NCBI RefSeq assembly: GCF_001194135.2
Contig: NC_069002.1
Span: 13,779,016-13,843,015, forward strand
Reading direction: 5' to 3'
DNA length: 64,000 bases
Source of the DNA: Octopus bimaculoides
Lineage: Eukaryota
Position 1 is the stretch's first letter; the number at the start of each line of letters is the position of its first letter. The notes below the pieces were generated by a model. The model worked only from the letters and a program-made list of their open reading frames with translations. It made no database searches and was not told the origin of the DNA. Positions 24,681 to 38,199 of this stretch are shown here, in pieces. The translations under genes and the position numbers were made by a program.

Positions 24681-25843
24681 GTAATAAGGAGAAAGAAGAG
24701 AAGGAAGAGCAAGGGAAGTGTATACAGTATATTTTAAATATTCATATCAGGAGATTTGATAGCTTGACCATTGACTGAGCAGAGGATACAGAGTAGACAA
24801 TAGGTGAGAGAAATAGAAGCCACACATGAATAAGCAATCCATAACTACATACATACATACAGACAGACAGACAGATAGACATGTATGTATAGGTAAAGGT
24901 ATAGTTACCTTCTTGAGTCATGCTGACTCACAAGGGCTGGTTTCCCCAGTTTCATGGCATATAAATTCCCCACCTCCCACCTGGATGAGATGCCAGTCTG
25001 TTGTAGGATTACTCATTTTTGCCAGCTGAGTGAACTGGAGTAACATGAAATGAAGTGTTTTGCTCAAGAACACATGTCGCCTGGTCCAGGAATCAACACC
25101 ACAATGTTATGATCATGAGTCCAACACCCTAACCCCTAAGCCATATGCCTCCACATGTATGTATATATGTACATGCATGCATTTATCATCATCATCAACA
25201 TTACATGTGTGTTTCCCATGCTAGCATAAGTTGGTTGGTTTGACAAGAGCTGATAAGCCAGAGGGACGTGCCAAACACCAATGTCAGCTTTGGCATGGTT
25301 TCTACAGCTGGACGCCCTTCCCAACACCAACCACTTTAAAGAGGTTACTGGGTGCTTTTTTGTGACATTGACACCAGTGAGGTCACCATGAAACTCAACT
25401 CACAAAATAAGAACCACAACTGAGGGCTGTGCAGTACTGAGGGAGGTGACTTTATGCCAGGTGATGAGAGGTTAAATTATAATTGAGGGACAGGAACAGG
25501 TGTCTTGCTGTGGGGGAAATACATGGTTACCCCAAATGGAAAAGGGAGTCGATGACAGTGTTGATGTGTCAGGGTGCATCCTCAAGTGACAGAGAGGTGA
25601 ATATAAGAAAAGAGGTACAGAAGGAGGTTGGATAGGGTGACTGGGTAAATAAGTTGTCAAGAGTGTGAAAGGATAGAAGGAGATGGATTGAGATGGTGAA
25701 CACAGGTAGATTGGGTGGGGTGGTGGTGGAGATAGGAGTGGATCAGGGAGGTGATACAAGATAGAAGAGGTGATGTTAAGTGTGTGGGGTGATACACATG
25801 CACACACACACACACACATATATATATATCACCTCACACACTA

Positions 25844-26063
25844 TACAAAGGGCTGCAGAAAAGTTCCTGGCTTTGGGTAAAAGAAAATACAAGAGGATCA
25901 TTTAAGTATGATTTTATCCAACATATTCCCCTCTCAGATCCAAACACTTATTGTAGCAGTCCTTCAGTTTTTCTAAGCCTTGTAAAAGGACTTGGAAGGT
26001 TGGGTCTCCAGCCAGGATTTTGTGATAGCCTTAAAGCCAGGAACTTTTCCGCATCTCCTCATA
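25844..26063. mobile_element. Mariner-like MITE (TA-flanked)
   Basis: TIRs tacaaagggctgcagaaaagttcctggcttt / aaagccaggaacttttccgcatctcctcata. Confidence 0.7.
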
Positions 26064-26148
26064 TATATGAGGAGTTGCTGAAAATAACAACACTGATAAA
26101 GTGAAAAAAAAAAGTAAGTAAAGCCTTAACAAGAGATTAAATGGAAGT

Positions 26149-26188
26149 AACTTTGACGTTTCAAACCTAAGTTCTTTTTCAGAAAGTT
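26149..26188 (-). ncRNA. Decayed minimal hammerhead-like motif
   Basis: aacttt-CTGAAAA-a-gaac(ttag)gttt-GAAA-CG-TC-aaagtt; perfect 6-bp stem I, with G8 changed to A. Confidence 0.45.
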
Positions 26189-26964
26189 AGATAAATGGAT
26201 GGATGGATAAGGTGGGGTGTAGGTGAAGGAAACAAAACGGATGCGATGAAGAAATATGTGCTGTTCTCTATTAAGCAGTTTTGAATGTTTCAGAGGTTGA
26301 ATGACCCTATGTAAGCTGGAAGCAATGAGGTTTCATGGAACTATGATCTTTGTGTAAAAAACACACTCACACATACATCAGAAACTTTCTATATAGTACT
26401 TATTGCTTATAAAATATACGATAAAATTACTAAGTCAGTTTAATTAGTTTTAGTTATTACAGGCTTCTTCGTTTGCTCATAAAATATTATTTACACTACA
26501 CATGAGTGAAAACTCCGAATATCTACAAAGATCTTAATGAGTGCTGTTTTATATTGATAAAATATATCATAAAATAGTTACTAACTCAGTTTAATCGTAT
26601 TTAGAATTTGTAAATTGTGTGAAGAACCTAGCATGTTGTTCCTTCTGTTTTGTACAAGAGGTTGTTGCTTACATGTAGATCCATCAATTTTACCACATTA
26701 ATTAGTGTGGTAGTCCCAACTTTTCTAATTGTCAAATGGATCTATTCCATTCCATACAACAGATTCGAATGTGTTTCGAAAATTTCTATACCAGTGTAGT
26801 TTTTTTTAATGTTAATTGAGGTAATCGTAACTATAGTTTTGTAGAAATTAATAATAAAAGAGTTAACCCTCAAGTATGGATTTGCAAGTAAATAAATAAA
26901 TGAATAAATAAATAAATAAAGCGAAACCAAGCAACCAGATACAACGCAGTTACGGAAAACAAAA

Positions 26965-27040
26965 ATTTATCCGCTGGCCGCATCACAGTCGTAAAAATAA
27001 TATCGTTCCGCCAACTCTAAACGCACTATAAACCGGAACT
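26965..27040 (+). promoter_or_regulatory. ZNF-cluster promoter module (copy serving the 30850 gene)
   Basis: TTATCCGC..CACAGTCGT..TTCCGCC..AAACGC..ACCGGAACT is alignable with the copies at 44.6, 50.6 and 52.6 kb. The conserved donor ttgatat|GTAAGTatta follows at 27731. Confidence 0.55.
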
Positions 27041-27268
27041 CGTGCTTTCTTCTGTTGCAAACTTATGTAAATATTTTTGTTTACTTTTCGAAATGAATTG
27101 TCAATTTGTTATTAACTTTACGTGTATCTTTTATATCTTTTCAATGAGAAATGTTTTGTCTTTTTTTTTTTAATTATGCAACCTTTATAAATTAACAAAA
27201 TAATGCTGTTGAGATATGAAAACAGAAATCTGTCATAATGATGTTTAATAATTTACTTTTATGCATTT

Positions 27269-27398
27269 NNNNNNNNNNNNNNNNNNNNNNNNNNNNNNNN
27301 NNNNNNNNNNNNNNNNNNNNNNNNNNNNNNNNNNNNNNNNNNNNNNNNNNNNNNNNNNNNNNNNNNNNNNNNNNNNNNNNNNNNNNNNNNNNNNNNNN
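27269..27398. other. Assembly gap (130 N)
   Basis: Run of N. Confidence 1.
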
Positions 27399-28299
27399 AG
27401 ACAGCAGTTGACCTCAGCAGGATTCGAACCCTGAACCTAAACGGCCGTAACCATGTTTCGTTTCGTTTATTCAAGATAACCAAATCTAGTTTTGAATAAC
27501 ATTCCCGTTTTCAGCTTCCCAATATTTCCAATCTAGTACTTATATGTGCTTACAGCGAAAGATGATCACCTACATGAGTCATTGACTGTTATTTCAACTG
27601 GATCGTCCCTGGGACATTGAAAGACAGCAGTTGACCTCAGCAGGATTCGAACCCTGAACATAAACGGCCGTAACCATGCACCTCTCTATTTTCCGAGTTC
27701 ATCCACGGCTATTCGAACTGCAGTTGATATGTAAGTATTATTACAAACATATCAAATTATTATATTTTACTCGAAACAGGGTTTATGTCTAGGAAAAGGT
27801 TTACCTAATGCTTCCTTCGGTTTTAAATTATAGACTGATGTGATATAGCTGCTATTTCTAGTTAATCGATTTACCTTGTCCAGGCTTCGTCGTTCACTTT
27901 GATACTTTGGTTAACGGGTCAAGATATAAACATTAACCGATACTTTTGTTTGGTTTAGAATATTCTAAGAAATACATTGGAACGAGCGAAGTGTTTTAAA
28001 ACCGATACCTTACTAAGGACCGCTACTTTATTTAGTAAAAAATACAATTAATATTTTGAGACATTTTAAAATTTCTCGTTCCATTTTAAGATAGAAGCTT
28101 AAATTAAAGTAAAAAGGTTCATTTGAAACTAATGCTATTTGATACACAAGCAGAAGCGATTCAGCTGAAAAACAATTAAAGAAACAAATTTTTTACTGAA
28201 ATTGCCGAGCAAATTATTTCAGTTTTGATAGACTTTCTCCGAAAGATCGCTGATTAATGTATGGTTTCTGTTTTAAGATTCAGCAGTCTTTCGGTACTT

Positions 28300-28570
28300 G
28301 CATATGACGTCAGTTATGGATGAGTGTGTGTTTGTTCAACTCTGTCGAGCAGACGAATCATATTCCACACTCATGACGTCATAGACTTATCGAAATATTG
28401 TCAATTTATTTAACTTACAGGTAAATACCCTCAAGACTATTGGGGGGATCTTATCTTACAAGAAAAATTATTGGCAATCATTCGTTGTTGGTCTCAGAAC
28501 TGTTTGTTCGTTAGTTTCCATAAACTTTTAAAAATTTATTTACTTTTGGTTTCATGACGTGTCGAAGTCG
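28300..28570. promoter_or_regulatory. CpG-rich patch with clustered CRE-like sites
   Basis: TGACGTCA at 28305-28312 and 28374-28381, and TGACGTG at 28555-28561. Confidence 0.3.
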
Positions 28571-30849
28571 GTGGAAAGTGAAAGAGATGGGTGAACGCGC
28601 GCGTATGTCCGTGTCTATGAAAGATAATGGGTGTATGTGTGTGTGAGTGAGCGTGTTCAGCTTTATATATTTGTATTCACTCGCACACACACACTCATTA
28701 TCTTTTATATACACGTACGTACATAAATACACACGTACACTCGTAATTTTTCATAGATATGGACATACACACGCGCGCATACACGTCTCTTTCCTCTTTG
28801 TCTTTCCCGACTTCAAAGCAAATGTCGCCTTCGACACCATAAGTAAATAAATAAGGCAATTACGGAATCTAACGAACAAACAGTTGTAAACATTGACAGC
28901 ACCAAGACCAACAACGAATGATTACCAAAATATTCTCCTAGACACGTGTTGCCAAACATTTACCAAACTCTTATTAGTTGTCATCTTGGCTCTAATATTA
29001 TGTTGTTGTTGTTGTTATATAGTGGCGGTTGGTGAGGAGTGATAAAAAATTACAAATGACGATTGTGAAAAAGAAGATACATATGTCTAGACATACTAAT
29101 TCCCTCTGTGGAATTACTCAAGTTTCCAAGTGTTTACACATGTATATACTTGCCCTTAATCAAATTTTAATTTTCATCTTGACATTCTGTTTAAATTTTT
29201 GTTGACGCTAGAATTATCGAATAGTTTTGAAAGAGCTTAAGTTGAATAACTGAATAAAATAAACACTCACGTGTATAAATATATATACACTCATACACAT
29301 GTTTGCATATAGGGATGGCACTCTGTCGGCTATGATGACGGATATTCCAGTTGATCTGATCAATGAAACAACCTCCCAGTGAAATATTTTTCTATTCTAA
29401 GCACAAGGCCTGAAATTTTGGGGGAGGGGACCAGTCTATTAGATTTACTCCAGTACGCAACTGGTACTTGATTTATTGACACCGAAAGGATGAAAGGCAA
29501 AGTCGACCTCGGCTGAATTTGAACTCAGTACGTTAAGGCAGATGAAATACCCGGCGTGCTAACGTTTCTGGCAGCTTGCCGCCTTAACCTGCCCATGAAA
29601 TTAACATGCAAGTGGCTGAGCACTCCACAGACATGTGTACCTTTAATGTTTAATGTAGTTCTCAGGGAGATTCAGCGTGACACAGAATGTTACAGGACTG
29701 GCCCTTTGCAATATAGGTACAACTCATTTTTGCCAGCTGAGTGGGCTGAAGCAATGTGAAATAAAGTGCCTTGCTCAAGGATACAATGTGCTGTCGGGAA
29801 TCAAACTCATAACCTTATGATCATGATCCGAATACCCTAACCACTAAACCACATGCTGTCACATTGCACAAGTATACATGCACACATGCATAGCCACATT
29901 CTAGAGAAGCACAGAAACCACACAAACAAAAATAACTGCAACATCCATAGCCTTTCTAAGCTGAAGGCATGTGTTGAGATGTACACTATTGACTATGTGT
30001 ACAGGGAGGAAAATGTCTTCAACATAAATGACCGAATCAAAAAGGCTAACTTTTGTCTTCAGTTTCAGAGAATACTTCAAACTCCAACATACTTAACATC
30101 TCTAAAGCTCAGGTTACCCAACTGATTGGCATGTAGTTGATTACCTACATACTCAAATCTCTGGAACACAAATGTGGTTTGTTCTCTCTCTCTCTTTACT
30201 ACTACTACTACTACTACTACTGTAGTCCCAGTGAAAGCACATGGCCTAGTAGTTAGGGTGTCAAACTCATGATCATAAAATTGTGCTTCAGCCTGCAGAA
30301 TTAAAGACTTCACTCAAGATTGAATGATATAATTTTAATATCCAATGGAAAAATACAGTTCACTTGTTCAGGTAAATGGTTTATATCTACAAGTCTTTTC
30401 AGTATCGAAATATGATAAAATTTCTACTTTTGCATCTCTACTCTTTAAGTATTCCCTTGTAACTTACGCCTTTTCTTTATTATTTCAGAATAGAAAATAA
30501 CATTGTTTACACGAGAGACATCATGAATATTTGTCATTTCTTTAAGACTACATGGACAGACTAAATATAACCTTGATTGTTATATAAGTCTATGGAAGAA
30601 TTACTGTGAAATATTTCCTCTCTAATTGAGATTATTCATAAAATTTCTCTCTTTCACTGACTGGAATGGTATACAAGACGATTTTGTATTCTAATAAAAC
30701 TTGGACAAATATCAGAGGAGTAGACAACATCTTTAGATATTAACATAGATTACATTTGAGTGAAATTAAGCAATAAAAGTGTTTTCTAGAGATAAAACAA
30801 AAGTGAAAAGAAGAGAATATCAGTATATAGTGGTGGGAGAAGAAATAAT

Positions 30850-31773
30850 ATGAAGAATGAATTATGTGAGAATGATTTGAGAAAAATAAATTTTATTGAT
30901 GAGATGGGGAAAGTGACAGGGAAAACATCATACCAATGTGATATCTGTAAACAGTTATTCTCTGAAAAATGTAATCTTATGACACACAAATGCATTCTTA
31001 CAGGAGAGAAACCATATTGTGATATTTGTGGTAAAACATTTTCTCGTGTAATTACCTTAACAAACCATAAACGTGTTCACACTGGAGAGAAGCCATATAT
31101 GTGTGATATTTGTAATAAATCATTCTCCCATTTAATTACACTCACTAACCATAAACGTATTCATACAGGAGAAAAACCATATCATTGTGATATTTGTAGT
31201 AAATCGTTTTCTGATGGGTCTAATTTAACTAAACACAAACGTGTTCATACAGGAGAGAAGCCGTATCACTGTAATATCTGTGGTAAATCTTTCTCTCAAA
31301 CAAATAAATTAGCTAGTCACATACACACTCATACGGGAGAGAAACCATATCACTGTGATATCTGTGGTAAGTCATTCTCTCTTATAACTACCTTAACTAA
31401 CCACAGACGTGTTCATACAGGAGAGAAACCATATCACTGTGATATTTGTGGTAAATCCTTCTCTACTCCAGGTAACTTAAATAACCACAAACACATTCAT
31501 ACAGGAGAGAAACCATACCACTGTGATATCTGTGATAAGTCATTCTCTGATCCAGGCAACTTAACTAAACACAAACATATTCATACAGGAGAGAAGCCAT
31601 ATCACTGTGAAATCTGTGGTAAGTCATTCTCTCGAAATGGTACTTTAACTAACCACATACGTATTCATACAGGAGAAAAACCATATCACTGTGATATCTG
31701 TGGAAAATCTTTCTCTCAAAGAAGCCACTTAACTAGACATGTATGTGGTTGTACAGAACAGTTATGGCATTAA
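30850..31773 (+). CDS. Tandem C2H2 zinc-finger protein, 307 aa, 10 finger motifs (8 canonical; first and last lack the second His)
   Basis: Repeated Y[10 protein letters not shown]...H-x-x-x-H TGEKP units and a short MKNELCE N-terminus. Acceptor ttatttcAG at 30487-30488. Confidence 0.92.
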   Translation: MKNELCENDLRKINFIDEMGKVTGKTSYQCDICKQLFSEKCNLMTHKCILTGEKPYCDICGKTFSRVITLTNHKRVHTGEKPYMCDICNKSFSHLITLTNHKRIHTGEKPYHCDICSKSFSDGSNLTKHKRVHTGEKPYHCNICGKSFSQTNKLASHIHTHTGEKPYHCDICGKSFSLITTLTNHRRVHTGEKPYHCDICGKSFSTPGNLNNHKHIHTGEKPYHCDICDKSFSDPGNLTKHKHIHTGEKPYHCEICGKSFSRNGTLTNHIRIHTGEKPYHCDICGKSFSQRSHLTRHVCGCTEQLWH

Positions 31774-32604
31774 TGTTAAAATCCTTCTATTAAAAAAAAA
31801 TAAATATAATCTTAAACAAGGAAGAAGATATTGTTGTGATGTCAACCTCTCAGCACTATATTTCATACAATGGTTTGAAAAACCAGCTTTTGGTGAAACT
31901 TAGAAGTAACTGTCATCCTTTTTTTTATAATAAAAGTTTGATTGTATCTCATGTATGGATTCCTTTGTTCACTTAATGCATATTGTTTTTATATATTCAA
32001 GAAACTCTGCCAAATCAGATTGGAGCCTGGTGTAGCCATCTGGTTTTACCAGTCCTCAGTCAAATCGTCCAACCCATGCTAGCATAGAAAGCGGACGTTA
32101 AACGACGATGATGATGATGATGAAGAAGACTTAAATATAAGCAGCCAGAATTGTTAGCATGCCAGGTGAAATACTTAGTAGTACTTTGTCTGATGGGTAC
32201 AAATTCCATCAAGGTTAACTTAGCCTTTCATCCTTTTGTGGTCAATGAAATAAGTGCCAGTTGAGCTCTGGGGTCAATGTAATCAACTTAAATACTCCTT
32301 GGTATGAGTATAAAAACTACATCTTTCTATTAAGCCATATCAAGCTAGTGAGGCAGAGTTGGCTCAACAAACCAGTATGATATCAGGCTCAAATTCACAG
32401 CCTCCATATTGGATTTTGGTGGGTGGAGAGAACATGCTGAGGCCTTCATCCTGCAGTAGACTGAATATAGGCAACCCAATTCAATCCAAGAACACTTATA
32501 CGAATTAGTATTGTATACTAGTATACTGATTCAGTTGCAAAGTGTTCAGTAAAGTTATTTGGTTGCAGACCTCCTTTGAGTCTTTTTATTATCCTCCGCT
32601 ATTT

Positions 32605-32760
32605 GGAACTCTCCAGGAAGTAATTCTTCCCTTTATTGGAACTTTCCAGTAAGTAATTCCTCCCCTTGGAACTTTCCAGGAAGTAATTCATCCCCCTCGG
32701 AACTTTCCGGGAAATAATTCCTCCTCTTTCTCGATACTTTCCAGGAAGTAATTCAACCTC
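32605..32760. repeat. About 31-bp minisatellite x5
   Basis: Unit GGAACTTTCCAGGAAGTAATTC(C/T-rich). Confidence 0.9.
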
Positions 32761-32899
32761 GGTACTTAATTTATCGATCCTGGCAGCAGTACAGGCAGAG
32801 AAGCATAGGAAAAAAAAAAAGCTGCACTAATAATTGTTAATAGGGACACGAAGAAAAAATGGGCAATTCCTACACAAATATATTTAAAAGAATGAAAGA

Positions 32900-33650
32900 G
32901 GTACAAAAACACATGGTGAATGAAAATGAATCGGATATTTCTGTATCCGAAACCGAAAGCAGCGATTCTGAAGAAACTGAAAGCGGCAACAGGATGATTT
33001 ACACTAGAATGGAGTAAAAACTTTAAAAATGTTTTTATTTACAATTTTTCTGAGGAGACAGGGTCTACCCACAGTCTTTCTGCTGAAACAAACTGTTATG
33101 CAGTATGTAAACAAGCTGGAAAAAAAAGATAGCTTGTGGTTACCCACAACCGTAGAAGAACTGGGGATGAGCTACAATGCAGCTGTGGACTGAACCCAGT
33201 TCAAATGACAAGCGAAAAGGAAACGAAAATAATTTCCCAAACAAAATAAATTGGAAAAATAGAAAAAAAATAACCAATAACTGAAACGATTAAATTATAC
33301 ACACGTGTCTCAAATGAAATATGTCATTAATAACAGTGACAATTATTTTTTAAAATCTGCCGGCCAAAGGGAAGTGTCAGAAATAGCAGTGACAAACTAA
33401 ATATACACCGCCGGAACATCTTGTTGACAAACCACAGCAGTAATTGTTTTCACCTCAATAGACGTCATTGATTGGTTGAAATTACCGAAATACGACAACT
33501 TTAACACGAAATAACTTCGAAAATACGCAATTTTCTCAAAAACGCCAAGAGTAAATGATGTTTTATGTGACACATTCTACCAGTATCCGAGTTTTGAAAG
33601 TGTTTAGTTACAAAAAATTATTTTTTTAAATGTGCCGGCCAAAAGGTAAA
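32900..33650 (+). mobile_element. Possible piggyBac-like transposon relic
   Basis: Acidic SDISVSETESSDSEE stretch, WSKNF..F..TG segment, Cys-rich C-terminal-like remnant (CYAVCKQAGKK..CG) and a terminal-like GCCGGCCAAAAGGTAA at about 33634-33649. The left end was not found. Confidence 0.4.
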
Positions 33651-33760
33651 GATTCGATTACGATTATAGTTCTCCAGTAATTTTCTTTCGTGTAAATAAA
33701 TATTTATGTTAGTTAAAAAAAAATCTGTAAACATAGATCTTCACTGCAGTTATAAAGTTA

Positions 33761-34665
33761 GTCCGCAGAGAAAGGATTTCCGGTTAGACAGAAAATAGAA
33801 TCAGAACTTGGATGGCTAATTTGCTTTCTCTCTCTTTTTGTAGATGGTTGATACAGAAGAAACATTTCAACACACATTCGTTTGGAATTATTTTTATGTA
33901 TAGCTTAACCCCGAAATAGAAAATACCCAATCATGAAAAGCGAGAACGTCATTGCACTGAAGCAACCACGATTCTGGCCAAAGCTGGGCGTGGCATGGTT
34001 CGCAAAAGCTGAAACAGATTTCAACATCAAGAAGATCACTTCGGGCCTGACAAAACATTCCTACGTAACAGTAATCCTGAATGAGGATATAACAACAAGG
34101 ATGCTAGACATCCTAACTAGACCACCGGCTACAAATAGACTCCGAGAAAGATTCCGGCTTCTGAACCAATGGACAAGAATCTGGCATTAGTGCCCGTTGG
34201 TGAGTCGCATTTTTTTGCTTCGAGATTAAGGACTTACGACAGTTAGCGAAAACGGATGATAAACTTTAAAATGCATTGTATAGTCCCTCCTTTTCTCCTC
34301 TTTAGTGGTTAAAAGAGAAAAAAACCATATATAGATACAGGATGGGCTTCTTTCAGTTTCTGTCTACCAAATGCACTCACAAGGCTTGCCCAAGGTGCCA
34401 TGCAGTGGGACTGAACCCGGAACCACACAGCCACTCCTGCACCTATCTTAAATGTCTTGTTTTTATATTATTCATGCTTAATATTCAAATTTTATCTCTC
34501 TGTCTGTCTCTCTCTTGCTCTGTCTCTTACCCTCTCTCTCGCCTCCTCTTTATCACCCCCTCTCTCTCTCACTGTCTCTCTTGCACACTCTCTCGTCTCC
34601 TTTTTCTCTCTCTCCCCCTCTCACTTGCCTCTTCTTTCTCTCTCTCTTGCTCGCTGTCTCTTACC

Positions 34666-34745
<80 letters not shown>

Positions 34746-35551
34746 AACACGTAAAATACTTAAAAACAGAACAGGCGCAGACAAGAACAAGCACGCACAC
34801 ACAACCCGTTAGCTTTCTTCTCTTCCTATTTCCGTAACTGTCACGGAGATATCCGAAGTGAATTGTCGAGTTATATAGAAGATATCCGAACTGAAATGTC
34901 AAATGTTGTCGAGTTATATCGAAGGGATGTCCCCCCCCTTTTTTTTTCTGACAGGGTTACGATCAACGTCATAAGGTCGGTCCCGAGACGATTTGTGTTT
35001 TTATCACAAGAAGTTCGGAGCAAAGGCTACCAAGTGTAAGCAACCGTGCAGCTTCAACACCCCTTTGTCATCGGCTCCGGGGAAACACCAGGGTCGGCAA
35101 ACACGATCAACTGCTCCTGTTTGTCCCCGATCGGAGCTCCGGACGGAGACTTCTAATCGACACAGGAGCAGAAATCAGCGTGATCCCAGTATCCGCCGTT
35201 ATAGAGAGCGAGGCCAAACTTTAACAGCCGCCAATGGCTTCACAATCAAAGTGTACGAACGCCTCATTGTTTCCCTTCACGTCAGCTCACAAGCGTATTC
35301 ATGGGCATTCACCGTCGTTGATGTCCATCAGCCTGCTGTCGAAGCTGACTTCGAACCTACTCATTTCTAGTCGATCTTCAAGGAGACTAGTTATCGAGCT
35401 GGTCCGCAGAGAACGGACTTCTTGTTAGGTGGAAAATGCGACCCGAGCTTAAGTGACTGATCGTACTCTCTCACGTTGTAGATGATTGACAAAAAATAAA
35501 CAACACTTTAACTCACTCTCGTTTGTGGCTATTTTTATGAATAGCTCAACA
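33761..35551 (+). mobile_element. Internally deleted Ty3/Gypsy LTR retrotransposon (gag and protease remnants, two diverged LTR-like repeats)
   Basis: Gag N-terminus LKQPRFWP..WFAKAETDF..IT..TK (33933-34190), DLRQLAKTDDKL, gag C-terminus CFYHKKFGAKATKCKQPCSF (about 34995), aspartic protease LLIDTGAEISVIP (about 35150). About 150-bp direct repeats at 33761-33909 and 35402-35551. No RT or integrase seen. Confidence 0.8.
34490..34742. repeat. CT-rich tract ending in pure (CT)n
   Basis: Seen directly in the sequence; it interrupts the Gypsy remnant. Confidence 0.9.
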
Positions 35552-36375
35552 AAAGCTATAACGATCAATCTTGTTAGCTTGTGTAATTGTATCACCAAAT
35601 AGTATTAAAATAAACTTCAGTCAATCCTGATTCCTTTAACCTGGAATTTCGTGTATATATTTTACCGGACAAAGGAAATTTTGCCGATCTTAGTGTTTAT
35701 AGCCCTGAAGTCTAGATTCTCTGTTAAACTGCTTCTGGTCCCACCCCACCACTTGTACATCCCTAATTTCAACACAGCATACTTTACGAAATTTCTACCT
35801 ACTTCTTTTCTGTGTTCTAAGTATGGCCATTTCATTTATGGTAAAAGGGTCCCATTTTCTTTGCCAAGCGTTCTCAAGGCCAGCTTTTACTTCTATTTTT
35901 GAGATTTTTTTCATGATTTTCAAAACAGATTTAAAAGTAAAGCACATTAGTTCACAGTAAATGTTTATTTATGCAGTTCTTAATGGTATTAGAATGCATC
36001 TCTGTATCTTATACTATTTCTTTATTATTTCAGAAAATCAAAGAATATTGGACTAAAATAATTGCTTACATCAGATGCAACATCAATATTTATCATCTCT
36101 TAAAGATTGATGGAAGATGTACAGATGAGACTCAACTTCACTTTAATAAATCTACAGAAGAATTATTCAGAAATATTTTCACTAGCATCATTTGTTTTTC
36201 TTTTGCTGTATAGAATGAATGTGTATAAGTTGATTTTTGGCATACTAATTAAAGTTGGAAAATTTCTCAAATGTGTTAACATCTTTATGTAATCAACAGC
36301 AATAGAATTTCTTATGGGTAAAATATAAAAATGAAAAGAAGAGACATGGTATATTGTAGTGAGAGAAGAAATAAT

Positions 36376-37150
<775 letters not shown>

Positions 37151-38199
37151 ATAAAAAGAGTAACAATATCAACAAAAGTCATTCTATGAAAAATATCTTA
37201 TTTAACCAGAATCATGTTCATTGTTTTTCATATAAGTATAGCTATAGCTACATTAGTGAGATAATTTACTTCTGTGACATTATTTTTAATAAAATATGCT
37301 TTCAGAATATTCATATATATATATTTCACTTATTTATTTTATATTTATGTTGTGAACAATGTCACAACTTGACATTGTTGACAAGGGGCTTTGAGTTGGT
37401 AAGCTAGAAGTTCGTATAATGAGAATGTCAAGTCTAACTCAATATTACAAGAGACCTCATTAAAAAGTAAATCACTTCTATATCCTCACTGGTGTCTCTG
37501 TTTTTGCCTTCTTCAACATTACTGATATATTACCTATGAACCCACTGTTACTGAGTAAATTGGACATGTAAGCAAAAAGTTACATAAATTAGTCAAGATA
37601 GTGTGTATAAGTTGTGTAATAAATTCAATATTAAAACATTTAAACCTTCTTTTCTTATTTATTGAATTATTTTAAGGTGATACAAAGTTATTCTAGAAAA
37701 TGGGGGAAAAAATGGTATGAAGTGAATTTCACACTTATCATTATGATCATGATGGTCATCATTATTGTCACTTTTCCATGTTTGCATGGATCAGAGAGAA
37801 TTCATTAAAGTAGATTTTCTACAGCTGGATGCCCTTCTTGTTGTGAACCCTCACCTCTTTCCAAGCAAGGTAATATTATCCTTTGGTTAGACAGGCATGT
37901 TTCCAGTACTAGAGAAGAAATTTCATGTGTGGAAAGAAAACAAAGTCTAGAATCAAAGGGCCTTAGAATTATCCTAGCAAAAACAAAAGTCTTAGTAAGT
38001 AGGAAAGCAGACAAATCAGAAATCTCTTGATTTGTAGGAAAGGTGAAGGTAGAAATTCCATAAGATGAACCTGGTGTAAGTTGTGGACACATAATAGGTG
38101 TAGCAATATCCAAGGTAGGTTAACTGTGAAAATAGTTTTTGTGTGCAGAAGGTGCACAAGTACAATAAACACTAAAAATGTACAGAAAATAGACTCCAT

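Noticed and set aside
25480-25790. G-rich purine tract as a functional G-quadruplex
   Set aside because: The G-runs are irregular and similar tracts occur in reverse at about 13270-13700 and 44870-45060, consistent with a decayed repeat.
28843-28848. GTAAAT as first-exon donor for the 30850 gene
   Set aside because: The donor at 27731 matches the paralogue-conserved context exactly and this one does not; it is kept only as a possible alternative.
34342-34837. ORFs with LSLSLS or RERERE runs
   Set aside because: They derive from the (CT)n tract plus a SINE fragment.
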